A model generated the notes under the pieces. It did not search any database. It was not told the DNA's origin and saw only the letters and a program-made list of their open reading frames with translations. From NCBI GenBank assembly GCA_965217815.1, contig CBDCJI010000001.1:527088-591087 (forward strand): 64,000 bases of DNA. Reading direction: 5' to 3'. Positions 8,890 through 17,748 of this stretch are shown here, piece by piece; position 1 is the stretch's first letter; each line of letters begins with the position of its first letter. The position numbers and the translations under genes are program-made. Source of the DNA: Chthoniobacterales bacterium (GTDB lineage Bacteria; Verrucomicrobiota; Verrucomicrobiia; Chthoniobacterales; UBA10450).

Positions 8890-10058
8890 CGGCTTCGCTT
8901 TCTGAGAAAGCCAAACAAGTGCATCGAGAACTGCACGAGCAACCCGAGCCCGACCAGCGCGCAGGCGATATAGGGCAGGAGCATGGCCGGGTTTTTCACC
9001 ACCTGAAGAATGGTCGTCTGATCGTTGTTGTCGAAGCCGGACTGATAAAAAGTGAAGCCGCGATAGCGCAGCGGATCGTTCATGGAGATGAGGACCTCAC
9101 GGTTTTCGCCGCGCTCGAGATCGACCAGGCGGACGCGGCTGGAGAAGTTTTTCGGGATGTCGGTGCCGGCATAACGATCGTGCGAGAAGTGGATCAGGCT
9201 GAGCGCGAATTGCTTGTAGAAACGCCGTTGCCGCATGATCAGCTGGAAGGTGCGATCCCCCACCGCGAGCGGCTGCGGCTGCTCGATCGCGTTCGAGACG
9301 AGCCAGGTGCCTAACGAACCTTGGATGCCGTCGAGCTCGACGAAAGCCGCGCTCAAATCGCGCTCGTCATCCTTGACCGTGCGCGGGATTTCCGCGGCCA
9401 CCACACTCGTGCCGAAGCCGGTGGTGGCGGGCGAGGGCGGCGCCTCCGGTTCCTGCGCGCGCATGGCGAGGTGCGCGTTCGGGAGGAAACGGCGGATTTT
9501 GAGAGTGAAAGGCAGAGCCGGGTTTTGCAGCGTGCCGCCCTCGGCCAGGCGATCTTCGGGAATCGAGACCACCTGGTCGTAGTCGGGGTGAGTCGTCTCG
9601 ATGACGGCCAGCTCGACTTCACGCGGCGCTTCCGAGTAAGCGGAGGTCTGGCCATTATCGAGCCGCATTTGCGTTTCCCGAGCGAAGAGGCCGGTGAGCA
9701 ACTGGCCGATCAACAAAAGGACCACGCCGAGATGGAGCAGAAAGATGCCGATCTTCTTGCGCGAGAGTTGGAAACGGGTGGCATGGGCCGCGAGCAGGTT
9801 GAGGAGGAGGACCGTGCCTAACAAATAACCGCCGGGCAAAACCGGAATCTTCCAGTTCGCTCCGGCGGGCGACCAGAAAACGAAGAGGCTCTGAAAATAA
9901 CGCGCCTGCACCGCATGAATGCCGAGATGGACCTGCGAGAGCGTGCCAAAAAAAATCAGGAGCATTCCGATCCCGAGGCAGACGACGGTGAGCCGGAGGG
10001 AGGCGAGAAAGCGCAGCGGCCCCAGGAATTCGTTAGGCGAAGCGGTCGTCGCGGACAT
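8886..10058 (-). CDS. ccsB: Cytochrome c biogenesis protein CcsB/ResB
   Basis: ResB-like N-terminus LASLRLTVVCLGIGMLLIFFGTLSQV, a large soluble loop and a C-terminal TM (VKNPAMLLPYIACALVGLGLL). It is translationally coupled to ccsA. Confidence 0.85.
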   Translation of the reverse strand: MSATTASPNEFLGPLRFLASLRLTVVCLGIGMLLIFFGTLSQVHLGIHAVQARYFQSLFVFWSPAGANWKIPVLPGGYLLGTVLLLNLLAAHATRFQLSRKKIGIFLLHLGVVLLLIGQLLTGLFARETQMRLDNGQTSAYSEAPREVELAVIETTHPDYDQVVSIPEDRLAEGGTLQNPALPFTLKIRRFLPNAHLAMRAQEPEAPPSPATTGFGTSVVAAEIPRTVKDDERDLSAAFVELDGIQGSLGTWLVSNAIEQPQPLAVGDRTFQLIMRQRRFYKQFALSLIHFSHDRYAGTDIPKNFSSRVRLVDLERGENREVLISMNDPLRYRGFTFYQSGFDNNDQTTILQVVKNPAMLLPYIACALVGLGLLVQFSMHLFGFLRKRSR

Positions 10059-10185
10059 GATCAGGAAAATGACGAAGTGCGAAGTCCGAAATCCGAAGCA
10101 AACCCCAAACCCGAAAGACCAAACAAAAGCAGGCGCGGGGGGTGAATCCTTCGGGCTTCGCGCTTCGTTATTGTTTCGGGCTTCG

Positions 10186-11346
10186 TCATTCGGATTTAGT
10201 CATTTCCCTCGGAAGTTTCAAGCTGCGCAGAAAATCGAGAAAGGCGCTTTTTTGCGCCGCCACGGCAACGTCTTCGCCTGTCATTTTGATAAACCAGGAG
10301 CGCTCGTTCTCGTCCAAAATGGCGGCGAGAATGCGTTGCGAGCCGCCCGCCAGATCGACCACGAGGAAGTCGTGCCCGTTGGCGTTTACATGCTCGGCCG
10401 ACTTCGCCAGCGTATCCTCGTCGATCGGCGGCAGCTTCACCTGCCCGCGCCAGCGATTGACGTTGGCCAGGTCGCCGCCGGCGATTCCGGCGAGGCTGAC
10501 CACGGAGACGTCCGCCTTTTTTCCGTTGGGCGCGACGGCGTCGAAGCTGGCCAGGCGCATGGTCGAGAGCGGTTTCTCTTGCCAGCCGGCCGGCAACTGG
10601 TAGGCCAGCGGGGCGCCAGCCGCGGGTGCAATCGGGGGCGGAGTGGGGGCGTTCGTGCTCCCACTGTCGGCCGTCATCGGCGAGATGCTCGCCCCGGACT
10701 CTTCGGGATGGACGCTCCCGAGGAATTGCCGGAAAGCGTTCCGCTGCGCTTCCACGAGCTGATCCGGCCCCATCATTTTGAAAAACCAGGTCTCGCCCGG
10801 GAGCGGAAAAATCCCGCCGAGGATGCGCGACTTCGCTCCGTCCGGCGTGATCGCCTGCGCGCTCACCAGATCGACGAAAAACAGGTCGCGCCCCGCCACC
10901 GGCATGGGAGTGCCGACTTCGGCTTCGTTGCCAATCGGCGGAAGCTTGAGCTGATCGCGCCAGCGATTCACGTTCGCGAGCAGACCGCCCGCCTGCTCCG
11001 GAAACGAAATCACCGAGACGTCCGCCGTTTTTCCGTCGGGCCCTTTGACTTTGAAGCTGCCTTTACGAAAACCGCTGGCCGGTTGTTCTTCCCAAGCGGC
11101 GGGCGCGGTCCAATGGACTGCCGGCGCGGCCGCGGAATTGAGCGCGGGCGGGGCCGGAGGCGTCTCCTTGGGGATGCGGTAAACCGTAATCTTGTCGTCC
11201 CCGCCGCGGTCACAGCCGGCGCAGAAGAGAAGCGCGGCCAGGAGCGGCGACAGCCTAACGAGTTTGTGCGGAACGATAAACAACGGCTTCACGGGCAGGT
11301 TGCGAAGTACCTGCCAGCGGCGACGGAAGTCAAGAGCAAGGGGCAT
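10186..11346 (-). CDS. Lipoprotein with two tandem homologous domains, function unknown
   Basis: Lipobox LLFCAGC. Two internal repeats each contain K(T/K)ADVSV(I/V)S...ANVNRWR(D/G)Q(L/V)KLPPI ... FFK/FIKMTG. The true start may be an internal GTG. Confidence 0.7.
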   Translation of the reverse strand: MPLALDFRRRWQVLRNLPVKPLFIVPHKLVRLSPLLAALLFCAGCDRGGDDKITVYRIPKETPPAPPALNSAAAPAVHWTAPAAWEEQPASGFRKGSFKVKGPDGKTADVSVISFPEQAGGLLANVNRWRDQLKLPPIGNEAEVGTPMPVAGRDLFFVDLVSAQAITPDGAKSRILGGIFPLPGETWFFKMMGPDQLVEAQRNAFRQFLGSVHPEESGASISPMTADSGSTNAPTPPPIAPAAGAPLAYQLPAGWQEKPLSTMRLASFDAVAPNGKKADVSVVSLAGIAGGDLANVNRWRGQVKLPPIDEDTLAKSAEHVNANGHDFLVVDLAGGSQRILAAILDENERSWFIKMTGEDVAVAAQKSAFLDFLRSLKLPREMTKSE

Positions 11347-11403
11347 GGCGTCGAGGAATCCCGCCAGCTCTGGCGTTCAAGAAAAACGGGCTGGAAGCGA
11401 TCG

Positions 11404-12654
11404 TTAGGCGTCGAGGACGACATCGCTCTTGGGAGCTCCGATGCAGGTTAAACGTGTCCCGGGTTCGGTCTGGAAATCGGATTTTTCGATGTAATCGACT
11501 TCGCCCGAGAAGACCGCGACCTGGCAGGTGCCGCAACTGCCGGCGCGGCAGCCGCTCGGGATGCTGACGCCATTCGCTTCAGCCAAATCGAGCAGGCTGG
11601 TGACGTCGCCGCACCATTGCGCGGTCTTGCCGCTTTTCTTGAATTGCACGGAGTAGCCGGTGGCGATTTTCGCTTCGGGCGAGACGACGGCGGCGACCTT
11701 TTTCACGCTGGAGGGGCCGAAAGTTTCGTAGTGGATGTTCTTCTCGGGAACGTTCCATTCCTTCAGGCCTTCGGTCACATCCTGCATCATCGGCCCCGGG
11801 CCGCAGAGGTAGTAATCGAAGTTATTCGAGGGCAGCACTTTTTTGAAAAGCTCGACCGAGATGCGCGCTTCGTGATGGTAATCGCGCCCCAACTCGTAAT
11901 CCGGGTCGGGCTTACTCGCGCAGACTTGCAGGTGCACGTTCGGATGCTCGCGCGCGATCGCTTCGAGGTGCTCCTTCATGATGTGTTCGGAGCGGTTGCG
12001 AATGCCGTGGAAGAACCAGATCTCGCGCCGCGAACCCTGGGCGACGAGCGTGTTAAGCATGGCGAGGACGGGGGTGAGGCCGATGCCGCTGCCGATGAGG
12101 ACGACGCCGCCGGTGCCCGCCGGGTCGAGGTAAAATTGGCCGGACGGCGCTTTGACATCGAGGATGTCGCCTTCCTTGACCTGGTCGTAGAAGAAGGTAG
12201 AGGCGAGCCCCGGCGGATGGTCCTTATCGCGCGGCGGGATGCGTTTGATGGTGACGCGATAACTATCGGGCCGCGGGCCGTCGGAGAGGCTGTAGCAACG
12301 GACGATCGGCTTGGTTTGGCCGGGGATGTCGAGGTGAAAAGTGAGGTATTGGCCGGGCAGAAAACCGGGAAGGGCTTTCTTATCGTGCGGCGCGAGGTGG
12401 AAGGAGCAGATGTCTTCGCACTCGACGACTTTGCGACCGACGAGGAATTTGCGCCAGCCGTTCCAGGGCAAACCGCTCTCGGCTTTTTGCCGGCGCAGGT
12501 CGCGCATCATTTCGAGCTCGGTTTTGAGCAGCTCGAGGGAAAGTTCGGCCTGCCGATTTTGGCCGCTGAGCCGGCGCAGATTCGCCGCCGTCACCAGCCC
12601 GAGCTGGATCAGTCCGCCGCCGACAAGAAGGCCGCCAAGTGCTTCCGGGATCAT
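11404..12654 (-). CDS. Membrane-anchored FAD/NAD(P)-binding oxidoreductase with a C-terminal plant-type 2Fe-2S ferredoxin domain
   Basis: N-terminal TM helix, RCYSLSD (RxYS FAD motif), GSGIGLTPVLAML (NAD(P) site), CGPGPMM, and the C-terminal CRAGSCGTCQVAV 2Fe-2S motif. Confidence 0.85.
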   Translation of the reverse strand: MIPEALGGLLVGGGLIQLGLVTAANLRRLSGQNRQAELSLELLKTELEMMRDLRRQKAESGLPWNGWRKFLVGRKVVECEDICSFHLAPHDKKALPGFLPGQYLTFHLDIPGQTKPIVRCYSLSDGPRPDSYRVTIKRIPPRDKDHPPGLASTFFYDQVKEGDILDVKAPSGQFYLDPAGTGGVVLIGSGIGLTPVLAMLNTLVAQGSRREIWFFHGIRNRSEHIMKEHLEAIAREHPNVHLQVCASKPDPDYELGRDYHHEARISVELFKKVLPSNNFDYYLCGPGPMMQDVTEGLKEWNVPEKNIHYETFGPSSVKKVAAVVSPEAKIATGYSVQFKKSGKTAQWCGDVTSLLDLAEANGVSIPSGCRAGSCGTCQVAVFSGEVDYIEKSDFQTEPGTRLTCIGAPKSDVVLDA

Positions 12655-12664
12655 GCGCGAAATG

Positions 12665-14323
12665 CTAAAACTTCAGGAGGAGTTCGGAACGCAAACCGTA
12701 GGCGGTATCCCGGTCCTCCGGGGCGCCGATGAAGGCATCAAAGACGAGCACGAGATGCTGATTCAACTTCATCTGATAGCGCACGGCGGTGGCGATCTCG
12801 TTCGGCTGGGTGGGGCCAAAAAAATCAGGATCTCGCGTCCTCACCCGGCCGCCCACTTCAAAGACCAGCTGTTTATCGGTCGTGCCCAGAAAAATCTGGT
12901 AACCGAGGGCGAGGCCGACGGCGTCGTTGGCCCGATTGCCGAGAGGCGCGCCATAAGAGCCGAGACCCTGAGCGGCGAAAAGAATACCGGTCTGCCCAAG
13001 CGGGCCGCCCCGGTCGCCCCCGCGGGCGGCGGAGGAGTAATTGTCGATCCCCCAAAAGGCGTTGAGAAAGGCGATGTTTTTGCTTTCCGGCACGGTGATG
13101 GAGAACTGCTGGAAAAGGAGCACACCATTGCTCACGGCCGCCGTCTCGCGATCGAGCGCAAAGGAGGCATTTATCCGCGTGGTCGAGTTAAAAAGTCCGA
13201 TCCGCCGGGTATCGCCCACCCCGAGATATACGCCATCGCCGCCCGTCGGGTCGTCGGCGTTCACGTAGGCAAAATCGAGATCGATCGTGTCTTCGGCGTA
13301 GTCGGCGGTGCTGAAGAGACCGAAGAGCTTGGCGCTGCTGTCCCTCAAGTTGTCGTTCCGGTTGAGCTCGTTCCAGGCGAAGATGCCGGTCGTACGAAAT
13401 GAGGAGGAGCCGAGGAAAAACTCTGACGTTTTCGTGATGCCGATGGCGTCGATCACATCCTCATTGATCATGATGCCGTCCTGGAAGCTGAGGGGCTGCC
13501 GCCCGATCGAGAATTGGTAGTCGAGCCTCTTGGTGTCGTTCGGATCGAGGTTCGGAAAGAGTTCGCCGAAATCACCCTGGAAGAAGAGAGTGGTGACGTA
13601 GCTGTTGAGCGCGTTCTGCGGGCCGTCCCGCGGCTGAAAGCGGTAGCCGCTGTAGGCTTTCCCGTTGCGATCGAGCGGGCGAATGCCGATGAGCAGCCGC
13701 TCCGTCGGGGTGAGGTAGAGGTTGCCGTAAAGATCGAGCCGATTCGCGAACTCGGTGATCTGTCGCCCGTTGCCGTTGTCGAAAGTTTGCAGAGCGGTGC
13801 GCGCGGTCCCGAAAACGAGAAAGACCGGCTGCCAGACGGCGCCGGTCGGGATCTTGAACCCGGGCGCGATGGGGCCTTTGCCCAGAAAAGGATTTTGCCC
13901 GATCTCGATGATCGGTTTCGGGCGATCGGGAAATCCGGCAAGCTTGAGCGGAATCGCCTGGTCGCTCAGGGCGCTGCTCCCGCGCTGGGCGGGCGAGCCG
14001 CTGCGGGTGCGGAAGAGATTGAAGAGGCCGGGTTTTCTTTCCGGCGGGTGCGCCGTGGCGCTCTCGTTCGGCGAGGCGAACCCGGTCTTGCCCGGGGCGG
14101 TCGGGCTGGCTGGGTTCGTCTCTGGCGCACCGCTGGCAGCGCGCGGGACGTTTTCCAGATTGGTCCCGCAGTTGCTGCAAAAGTTAAAGCTCGCCGGCAT
14201 GGAGTGCCCGCAGGTCGGGCAGACGACGGTCTCGCCGGCCGCGGCGGGCTCGGCCAGGGCGCACGGCAGCGGGTTCGCGAAGGCGAAAAGACAGAGCAGC
14301 AGCGTCGTTAAGCTGGAGCGCAT
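12665..14323 (-). CDS. Putative outer-membrane beta-barrel (porin-like) protein with an N-terminal zinc-ribbon-like CxxC..CxxC segment
   Basis: Signal peptide; alternating beta-strand-like composition rich in G/Y/F/N; C-terminal beta-signal LRSELLLKF with a terminal Phe; CPTCGH...CSNCG follows the signal peptide. Confidence 0.6.
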   Translation of the reverse strand: MRSSLTTLLLCLFAFANPLPCALAEPAAAGETVVCPTCGHSMPASFNFCSNCGTNLENVPRAASGAPETNPASPTAPGKTGFASPNESATAHPPERKPGLFNLFRTRSGSPAQRGSSALSDQAIPLKLAGFPDRPKPIIEIGQNPFLGKGPIAPGFKIPTGAVWQPVFLVFGTARTALQTFDNGNGRQITEFANRLDLYGNLYLTPTERLLIGIRPLDRNGKAYSGYRFQPRDGPQNALNSYVTTLFFQGDFGELFPNLDPNDTKRLDYQFSIGRQPLSFQDGIMINEDVIDAIGITKTSEFFLGSSSFRTTGIFAWNELNRNDNLRDSSAKLFGLFSTADYAEDTIDLDFAYVNADDPTGGDGVYLGVGDTRRIGLFNSTTRINASFALDRETAAVSNGVLLFQQFSITVPESKNIAFLNAFWGIDNYSSAARGGDRGGPLGQTGILFAAQGLGSYGAPLGNRANDAVGLALGYQIFLGTTDKQLVFEVGGRVRTRDPDFFGPTQPNEIATAVRYQMKLNQHLVLVFDAFIGAPEDRDTAYGLRSELLLKF

Positions 14324-14333
14324 AAGTGGGCGG

Positions 14334-16547
14334 TCAGGGTTCGGCGAGGCGGGTGGCGGCGGCCACTTTTTCCGGAGCGGCGGCCGCGGCGACTTTGTTT
14401 TCGCGAAGTTTGCGCAGCGCTTCTTCCGACTCCGGCAGGAAGGGCTTGGTCGGCGGCGCCATGATCTCTCGCTCGGTCGGCCGCAAATCGATCACAGCCG
14501 GACCGGGCGGGAGGACGACGGTGCGATTCCAAAGGGTCTGCGAACGTTCCACCACCCGATCGGCGATCGATTTAGGCGACATGAAATAATCGAAGCCCAC
14601 TTCCGCGATGTCGCCGACCAGATTTACCGGCACCATCTGGGTGATGAACTTGACGTTCACCCGGTAAGGCGGAGCGCCGGTCAACTGCCTCGCGGTCACC
14701 TTATAGGGCGCCCAGCGGAATCCGTTAGGCGGGAGGACGATGCTCTGTTTGCGCGCGCCCATCGGCCGGGCGAGCAGGGCGTCGGCGTTGGTCGCCGGCC
14801 GCACGTAAGGCAGCGGATCGACGCTTTTGTTCGTCGGCAAAATCTGCACCCGCTCGCCGCCGCGCAGGAGGGTGACGAGGAATTTCGATTGCAGGCTGAA
14901 GAGGTACTTATCGAGCGGCAGCTTAAGATCGTGGACGTAGGCGGACTCGATGTCGCGGACGTCGCCATTCGGGTCGCGATCGCCGGAGACAAAGACAGCG
15001 CGGCCATGGCGATCGGTCACCACGACCTGGAGAAAGTTGGCCCGCTCCGCGTCGAAACCGGTCGGGGCGCCGTGCCCATCGGTGCCGTTGGCCACTTTGA
15101 TCTTAAATTTAATGCCGCGGGGGTCGTTCTGTTCGACGACCAAATCCTGCAGGCGAAATCCGCGGCGGAGAAGCTGGTAACGCTGCTGACTCGCCTCCTC
15201 CAGTTTGGCGAATTGATCGTCGAGAATGGCGCGGGCGTCGTAGCGATCGTCGATCGATTGCCAGCGCGGCGGGAATTTATAATCGGCCGGCGCCTTTTTC
15301 TCGAAAGCATCCGCGCCCCAGCCGGCGCGATAGTCGAATTGCAACCACTCCCGCATCGTCGCGGTCTGCTGCGCCTTCACGTTGAAGGGGAAAAGTCCCG
15401 GGTGAATGACGGAATAATCCGGCCCGGCGAAGCGATGATCGGTCAGCTTGCGCGGCGGGGTCGGCTGGTCGCCGACCATAGCGGCCGGGCCGAAAGCGTA
15501 ACCCGATTTGATGCCGGGGATTTTGCCCATATGGCAATCCTGGCAGGTCTCGCCGCGGGCGTTGGCGGGGGAGTTTTTAAACTGCGAAAAGGCCTCTTCA
15601 AGTCGGAAGCCGTTAAGCAAATTGACGTCGTGGCAGGTGCCGCAGAAGCCGGATTTTTCCAGCGGATCGAACTTGATGACGTTGGTGTGAATCGCACGCC
15701 CGACCTCGCCGCGCTTGGTCACGACCTGGAATTTATCCGGCTGGTTGAGCACCTGTTTGAGGATTTTATTTCCCTTCGGACCGAAGACCGGCTCGAAAAG
15801 ATCGCCTTCCTGGATGGCGGTGCGGCCGCTCACTTTGCCGTAATTATTTTTCACCCGATGGCAGACGATGCAGCTGATGCCTTCACGCGAAGTCGGGTTG
15901 CGATCCATGTTGCTGGCGAAGATCGGTTCCTGCAGCTGCATGCCTACCTGGGTATGGCAGCGAATGCAGAAGTCGCCGTTCGTGCCCGAGGTGCGCTTGT
16001 CGATCGTCGCCTGCATGGTGTTAAAGATCGGGCTGATCTGCGCGTAGGCGTGCTGGGAGACGGACCATTGCCGGAACTGCGTCGGATGGCAGGTCGCGCA
16101 AGTGGAGGCGGAGGGGAACTTGTTCTCCACCAAAAGCTTGGCGTGAGCCGCGGCGGCGTTGCCTTCGGTAGCGGCGCCCGTCGCGGTTTTGGGCGGTGGC
16201 GGGGGCGCGTTGCCCGGCAGGAGAAGTTGATCGGGCATCGGCTCATTGGTCGTAGGCGCGCCGGGAGGAAGCAGCAGATCGTCGTCGGAGGAGGGAGCCG
16301 CGGGTTGCGTCCCGGGAGCGGAGGGAGCGAGCAGATCATCGTCGGTCGAAGTGGCCGCCGCAGCCGGGGCCGGCGGGCTCGGGACGAGCAGATCATCCGC
16401 TTCCTTCGAAGCAGGCGTGGTCAGGGGCGCCGGAGCGCTTGGTGCAGGCGTCGGAGTCGTCGGCGTTTGCGCCCGGAGGTGCCCCGGGGCGGCCCAAGCC
16501 AGGCCGAAAATGGTTAACCTCACGAATTGCCGATCCCACCATCTCAT
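14334..16547 (-). CDS. Pentaheme c-type cytochrome with an N-terminal Pro/Ala/Thr-rich linker
   Basis: Signal peptide and five CXXCH motifs (CATCH, CIRCH, CIVCH, CGTCH, CQDCH). Confidence 0.9.
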   Translation of the reverse strand: MRWWDRQFVRLTIFGLAWAAPGHLRAQTPTTPTPAPSAPAPLTTPASKEADDLLVPSPPAPAAAATSTDDDLLAPSAPGTQPAAPSSDDDLLLPPGAPTTNEPMPDQLLLPGNAPPPPPKTATGAATEGNAAAAHAKLLVENKFPSASTCATCHPTQFRQWSVSQHAYAQISPIFNTMQATIDKRTSGTNGDFCIRCHTQVGMQLQEPIFASNMDRNPTSREGISCIVCHRVKNNYGKVSGRTAIQEGDLFEPVFGPKGNKILKQVLNQPDKFQVVTKRGEVGRAIHTNVIKFDPLEKSGFCGTCHDVNLLNGFRLEEAFSQFKNSPANARGETCQDCHMGKIPGIKSGYAFGPAAMVGDQPTPPRKLTDHRFAGPDYSVIHPGLFPFNVKAQQTATMREWLQFDYRAGWGADAFEKKAPADYKFPPRWQSIDDRYDARAILDDQFAKLEEASQQRYQLLRRGFRLQDLVVEQNDPRGIKFKIKVANGTDGHGAPTGFDAERANFLQVVVTDRHGRAVFVSGDRDPNGDVRDIESAYVHDLKLPLDKYLFSLQSKFLVTLLRGGERVQILPTNKSVDPLPYVRPATNADALLARPMGARKQSIVLPPNGFRWAPYKVTARQLTGAPPYRVNVKFITQMVPVNLVGDIAEVGFDYFMSPKSIADRVVERSQTLWNRTVVLPPGPAVIDLRPTEREIMAPPTKPFLPESEEALRKLRENKVAAAAAPEKVAAATRLAEP

Positions 16548-16689
16548 AAGCGGCTGATCTTTTTTCTCTTAACCCCTTCGCGTCAATCGAAATATGATTT
16601 TTTTGGGAGAAAAATGCTTGCTGCCGAAGAGAAAGATCGTTTAAAAAAATCGAACACCGTTTCACGAACCTGGGAAACCGCCTTTCGAT
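16548..16689. promoter_or_regulatory. AT-rich divergent intergenic region between the two cytochrome operons (probable bidirectional promoter region)
   Basis: 142 bp markedly AT-richer than its surroundings, lying between divergently oriented first genes. No specific operator could be assigned. Confidence 0.3.
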
Positions 16690-17685
16690 ATGATAAATCT
16701 ACGCCAGCCCCTTCTCCTTTTTGCTCTCACTTTCGGCCTCGGCGTCTCGCTCTCTTTGGGGGCACAGGTGCACGAACTGGATCCCGCCAAAGTGGTGGGG
16801 TCGCAGAAGTGCGGCGAATGTCACAAATACGAATTGGAAGCGTGGAAAGGCACGCCCCACTTTGCCACTTTCGACTCCATGCATCGCAGCCCGGCGGGCC
16901 AGAAGATCGCCGGCGCGCTCGGCATTAAACGGATCAAATCGGAAAGCCTGTGCCTGACCTGCCACTACACCGTGCAGATGAAAGGCGGCGCGGCCGAGCC
17001 GATCTCGGGCGTCTCCTGTGAGTCCTGCCACGGCGCGGCGGCCGACTGGGTGAACATTCACAACGACAAAAAACTCTCGAAAGAGGAGCGGCGCACGAAA
17101 TCGGCGGCGGCCGGCATGATTCGTCCCGACGACCTCGCGGCGGTCGCGGCCAACTGTTACCAATGCCATCTCGTGCCTAACGAAAAGCTGGTGAACACCG
17201 GCGGGCACGCCGCGGGCAGCGCCGGCTTTGAATTGGTCGCCTGGTCGCAAGGGATGGTGCGGCACAACTTCCTCACGTCCGATGGCAGCGAAGGCAAAGT
17301 GAATAAAGAAGACGACCAGAACCGCCTGCGCATGATTTTCGCGACCGGCGCCATTCTCGATCTGGAATACAGCCTGCGCGGCGTGGCCAGCGCGACCGAG
17401 AAAGCGACTTATGGCATCACCATGGCGCAACGGGCGAACGCGCTCCGCAAGAAAGTGGCCGCGATCCAGCAAGCCGCGCCGACCGACGAGATGGCGCAGA
17501 TCCTGACCGTGGCCAACGGCGCCGCCCTCAAGTTGAACAACAAAGCGCCGCTCGAAGAAGCCGCCGATAAGGTGGCCGAGCTGGGCAAGAAATTTTCCGC
17601 GAGTGAGACCGGCGACAAACTCGCGGGCCTCGATCCGATGCTTCCAAAGCCGGCTGATTACCGCGGGAAAATTTACCAACCCTAA
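16690..17685 (+). CDS. Tetraheme c-type cytochrome
   Basis: Signal peptide and four CXXCH motifs (CGECH, CLTCH, CESCH, CYQCH). Confidence 0.9.
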   Translation: MINLRQPLLLFALTFGLGVSLSLGAQVHELDPAKVVGSQKCGECHKYELEAWKGTPHFATFDSMHRSPAGQKIAGALGIKRIKSESLCLTCHYTVQMKGGAAEPISGVSCESCHGAAADWVNIHNDKKLSKEERRTKSAAAGMIRPDDLAAVAANCYQCHLVPNEKLVNTGGHAAGSAGFELVAWSQGMVRHNFLTSDGSEGKVNKEDDQNRLRMIFATGAILDLEYSLRGVASATEKATYGITMAQRANALRKKVAAIQQAAPTDEMAQILTVANGAALKLNNKAPLEEAADKVAELGKKFSASETGDKLAGLDPMLPKPADYRGKIYQP

Positions 17686-17748
17686 CGCCTCGCGACCGCA
17701 TGACCGTCGTCGCCTGATCCTGCGCGCGCCGGCCCGGTCGTCTTCGCC

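Noticed and set aside
10039-10054. 16-mer gaagcggtcgtcgcgg shared between 10039-10054 and 63974-63989
   Set aside because: A single shared 16-mer in 64 kb of compositionally biased DNA is within what chance can produce. There are no extended flanks of similarity.
9919-11451. 510-aa ORF on the + strand (similar cases: 11617-12732, 12341-13402, 24900-26279, 26023-27273, 34487-35536, 48501-49419, 50590-51570, 59021-59947, 62338-63270)
   Set aside because: All overlap, on the opposite strand or in another frame, genes with strong family signatures. They are GC3-driven open frames without recognisable domains.
13755-16517. 920-aa ORF on the + strand
   Set aside because: It is entirely antisense to the porin-like and pentaheme genes. 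Its composition is Arg/Gly/Ala-rich and low-complexity, typical of shadow ORFs in GC-rich DNA. The opposite strand carries clear CXXCH and beta-signal motifs.
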